Sequence record: SRR31156797_2902
Length of the DNA: 49,296 nucleotides
Strand: one strand, 5' to 3'
The notes beneath the pieces were generated by a model. It did not search any database and was not told the DNA's origin. It saw nothing but the letters and a program-made list of their open reading frames with translations. This document shows, in pieces, positions 46,497 to 49,296 of the stretch. The translations under genes were made by a program, and so were the position numbers. How positions within the stretch are numbered: position 1 is the first letter of the stretch; the number at the start of each line of letters is the position of its first letter.

Positions 46497-48248
46497 TTGA
46501 AAACAATACTACTACGAACACTAACTGCCATATTGATTCTTCTGGCAGTTAATGTTAAAGCGCAAAATTTTCTGGAAGGTGGGAAGGTAAACGGAAATAT
46601 TCAGCTTGACGCGCAATATTACAGCGAAGACGACAAGCTTGGCATAACGGATTCCACCCTCAATTATCGAAAATTTGGGATGAATGCATTCGGCAATATT
46701 ATTTATACAAATGGTGATTTTTCGGCCGGAATGCGTTTTGAAAGTTACCTGAATCCCATGCTTGGTTTTGACGACCGCTTTGAAGGCGTGGGAATCCCCT
46801 ACTGGTTTGCAAAATATAAAGTCGGAACCCTTAAAATGACTGCCGGGCATTTTTATGAGCAGTTTGGTAGCGGTCTGGTACTGCGTGGCTGGGAAGAGTG
46901 GACACTGGGATACGACAACAACTTCTACGGCTTTAATGCACATTTTGAACCCATGAAAGGCGTAATGCTGAAGGGTCTGGTTGGAACACAGCGCTATTTT
47001 TGGGAACCCTACGAAGCAGGAAACCGTGGAATCGTAAGAGGTTTTGACGGCGACTTTTTCCTCAATGATATATTCCAGGGTATGGCTGATTCGAAAACAA
47101 AATTTGATATCGGCGGTAGCTTTGTGAGTAAGTACGAAAAAGTACCGAGCATTACTTACCAGGTTGATTCAGTTTATTATATCGATTCGATACAATGGAC
47201 CAACCAAAAAACATATGAACTCAACCTGCCTAATAATGTAGGATCGTGGGCTGTGAGGGCAAACATTGCACACGGAGGCTTTAATTTTTATGGCGAATAT
47301 GCCGAAAAAGGCGCCGACCCAAACGCTACCAATAAATATATTTTTAAGAAAGGACAGGCTGTTTACTCTACGTTATCCTACTCAACCAAAGGGCTGGGTA
47401 TTTTTCTTTCAACCAAATGGATCGATAATATGAGCTATAAATCAAAGCTCACCGAATCCGGTAACCCACCCATGCTCGACATCAACTATCTCCCGGCTAT
47501 CAGCAAAGAACATCCATACAGCCTGGCAACAATTTACCCGTACGCCACACAGCCTAACGGCGAATTTGGTGTGCAGGGACAAATCATTTACACCATTCCC
47601 AAAAAATCTAAGCTGGGAGGCAAATACGGAACCACACTTACGTTTAACTATTCGCTGGCCAAATCCATCGAAAAAGACACACTAAACTCTGATATAACAG
47701 GTGGTATGGCTGGCACAGATGGTTATAAAACAAACCTTTTCTCGATTGGCGACCTGACATTCTACCAGGACATCAACTTTATGATCGAGCGAAAAATCAG
47801 CAAGAAAGTTAAGGCCAAAGTTGCTTACTTCAACCAAACATACAACAAACATGTGATCGAAGACAACATTTATGACGATCACAATATGGTGGATGCAAAC
47901 ATTGCCGTGCTGGATCTGACCTACAAATTTGACCGCCGAAACTCATTGCGTACTGAACTGCAGGGGCTTTGGACCAAAGAAGATGATGGTGACTGGATGG
48001 CTGTTTTACTGGAATACAATGTTTCCCCAAAATGGTTTTTCTCAGTACAGGATGAGTTTAATTATGGAAATCCTTCTGACGACATGCAAATCCACTATTA
48101 CAACCTGTCGTTTGGGTATACCCAGAAATCCAACCGGATTTCACTGCGCTACGGACGCCAGCGCGAAGGTTTGCTTTGCGTTGGTGGGGTTTGCCGTTAC
48201 GTGCCCGCCTCAACAGGACTTACTTTAACCATCACCAGCTCGTTCTAA
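46497..48248 (+). CDS. DUF6029-family putative outer membrane beta-barrel
   Basis: TTG start, signal peptide, 'GHFYEQFGSGLVLR', 'INYLPA', amphipathic strands, C-terminal 'GLLCVGGVCRYVPAS.G....ITSSF'. Confidence 0.82.
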   Translation: MKTILLRTLTAILILLAVNVKAQNFLEGGKVNGNIQLDAQYYSEDDKLGITDSTLNYRKFGMNAFGNIIYTNGDFSAGMRFESYLNPMLGFDDRFEGVGIPYWFAKYKVGTLKMTAGHFYEQFGSGLVLRGWEEWTLGYDNNFYGFNAHFEPMKGVMLKGLVGTQRYFWEPYEAGNRGIVRGFDGDFFLNDIFQGMADSKTKFDIGGSFVSKYEKVPSITYQVDSVYYIDSIQWTNQKTYELNLPNNVGSWAVRANIAHGGFNFYGEYAEKGADPNATNKYIFKKGQAVYSTLSYSTKGLGIFLSTKWIDNMSYKSKLTESGNPPMLDINYLPAISKEHPYSLATIYPYATQPNGEFGVQGQIIYTIPKKSKLGGKYGTTLTFNYSLAKSIEKDTLNSDITGGMAGTDGYKTNLFSIGDLTFYQDINFMIERKISKKVKAKVAYFNQTYNKHVIEDNIYDDHNMVDANIAVLDLTYKFDRRNSLRTELQGLWTKEDDGDWMAVLLEYNVSPKWFFSVQDEFNYGNPSDDMQIHYYNLSFGYTQKSNRISLRYGRQREGLLCVGGVCRYVPASTGLTLTITSSF

Positions 48249-48266
48249 CCCTTAAAAACATTGAAC

Positions 48267-49196
48267 ATGAAAAAGAACTTTCTATTCATAATCGTTACGA
48301 TGTTCATTGCTGCTGCAGGTTGGATGTCGTGCCAAAAAATTGACAAACCTCTTGTAATCCTCAATGAGCGTGATTTCCCCGAAATCCCAGACGATACGAC
48401 AGGAGGCGATACTACGATCAATAATTTTATAACCACCTACGTGGATTACCGCCAGGTGCTCCTTGAGGAGTTTACCGGACACCTTTGCGTGAACTGCCCC
48501 GAAGCAGCCAAAATAGCACATGACCTGGCCGAAGAACTGGATCACAAGCTTATCATTTATTCAGTACATGCGGGGAACTTTGCCGAACCGGTTCCCGGAA
48601 CTATTTTGGAAAGCGACTTTAGGTGTGATGAAGGTGAGGTGTTGTATTCAAATTTTGGAATTTTTGCTAACCCGCTTGCACTCATAGATCGGATTGAATA
48701 CAATGGCCTGCGCCAGATTTTTAAAGATGACTGGACAACAGTGGTAAACCAGGAACTGGCACAACCCAACGAAGCAAACATCAGGCTTTCGAATACCTGG
48801 TACCCGGACCTGAAAGTTGTGGTTATTGATGTGGAAACTGAGTTTGTTACCGTTTCGGAAGACAACTATAAACTTGTGGTTTACATTGTAGAAGATGGTA
48901 TTGTTTCACCCCAACTCAACAACGATCCTGCAATTGGAGGTGATACGCTATATAATTATGTACACAGGAATTTGTTGCGCGATGCTGTGAATTCAACTTA
49001 TGGGGAATTCCTTGGGGATGAAGGTCAGGTAGTTACCGGGGAAGTTTACGAAAAACAGTATACATATCCGGTAAATGAAGATTGGGTAACCGGGAACTGC
49101 CGGATTATTGCATACATCGGAAAGCAAGATGCGACACTGAACTTAATCGACCTGGTTCAGGTTGCTGAACTTGAAATTAAAGTTGACGAAGAATAG
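48267..49196 (+). CDS. Omp28-family outer membrane lipoprotein with CxxC
   Basis: Lipobox 'WMSC', 'VLLEEFTGHLCVNCP', 'SVHAG', 'YIVEDGI..PQ', 'YVHRNLLRD'. Confidence 0.88.
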   Translation: MKKNFLFIIVTMFIAAAGWMSCQKIDKPLVILNERDFPEIPDDTTGGDTTINNFITTYVDYRQVLLEEFTGHLCVNCPEAAKIAHDLAEELDHKLIIYSVHAGNFAEPVPGTILESDFRCDEGEVLYSNFGIFANPLALIDRIEYNGLRQIFKDDWTTVVNQELAQPNEANIRLSNTWYPDLKVVVIDVETEFVTVSEDNYKLVVYIVEDGIVSPQLNNDPAIGGDTLYNYVHRNLLRDAVNSTYGEFLGDEGQVVTGEVYEKQYTYPVNEDWVTGNCRIIAYIGKQDATLNLIDLVQVAELEIKVDEE

Positions 49197-49205
49197 TAAT
49201 TGATT

Positions 49206-49257
49206 ATTCATCCGATCACTATTATCGATTTCGATGTTAGTGATCGGATGAATTTTT
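49206..49257 (+). terminator. Long hairpin terminator
   Basis: 16-bp perfect stem attcatccgatcacta (49206-49221) / tagtgatcggatgaat (49238-49253), inner atcga/tcgat, then a T-run. Confidence 0.8.
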
Positions 49258-49270
49258 ATCATTAAGCGGG

Positions 49271-49296
49271 TCAGTATTTCCAGCTGGAAATACTGA
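49271..49296. repeat. Perfect 26-bp palindrome at the window end
   Basis: tcagtatttccagctggaaatactga equals its own reverse complement. Confidence 0.95.

Noticed and set aside
173-48865. Numerous 60-240 aa ORFs overlapping the called genes (e.g. 27758-28471 minus, 6833-7321 minus, 21644-22171 minus)
   Set aside because: They are antisense or alternate-frame shadows of well-supported genes and have no recognisable motifs.

Overview
49.3 kb of chromosome from a Bacteroidota (probably Bacteroidales) bacterium. Taxonomic cues are TAnnTTTG -7 promoter elements, a T9SS C-terminal-domain protein, the asnS-rpoN arrangement, an EF-G2 paralog and a TlpA/DUF6029/Omp28 operon. It has about 38 intact CDS, mostly housekeeping or envelope genes (rsmI, asnS, rpoN, EF-G2, mnmA, topA, ppa, wza-wzc, manA, S41 protease). 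Two pseudogenes missing from the ORF track were reconstructed by hand: a CPBP/CAAX protease remnant and a STAS/SEC14-like gene. I saw no rRNA, tRNA, CRISPR array, transposase or integrase. The most interesting items are: (1) a three-gene operon whose periplasmic thioredoxin, beta-barrel and lipoprotein each carry a Cys pair, suggesting a thiol-redox relay across the outer membrane; (2) a tandem-fused UvrA in which both halves lack the UvrB-binding region; (3) a duplicated MOSC pair split by a hicAB module, with the MogA-fused copy having lost its cysteines; (4) three period-7 repeat tracts in an otherwise empty intergenic region; (5) a perfect 26-bp palindrome at the window end. All product calls come from motif recognition by eye; no database searches were run.
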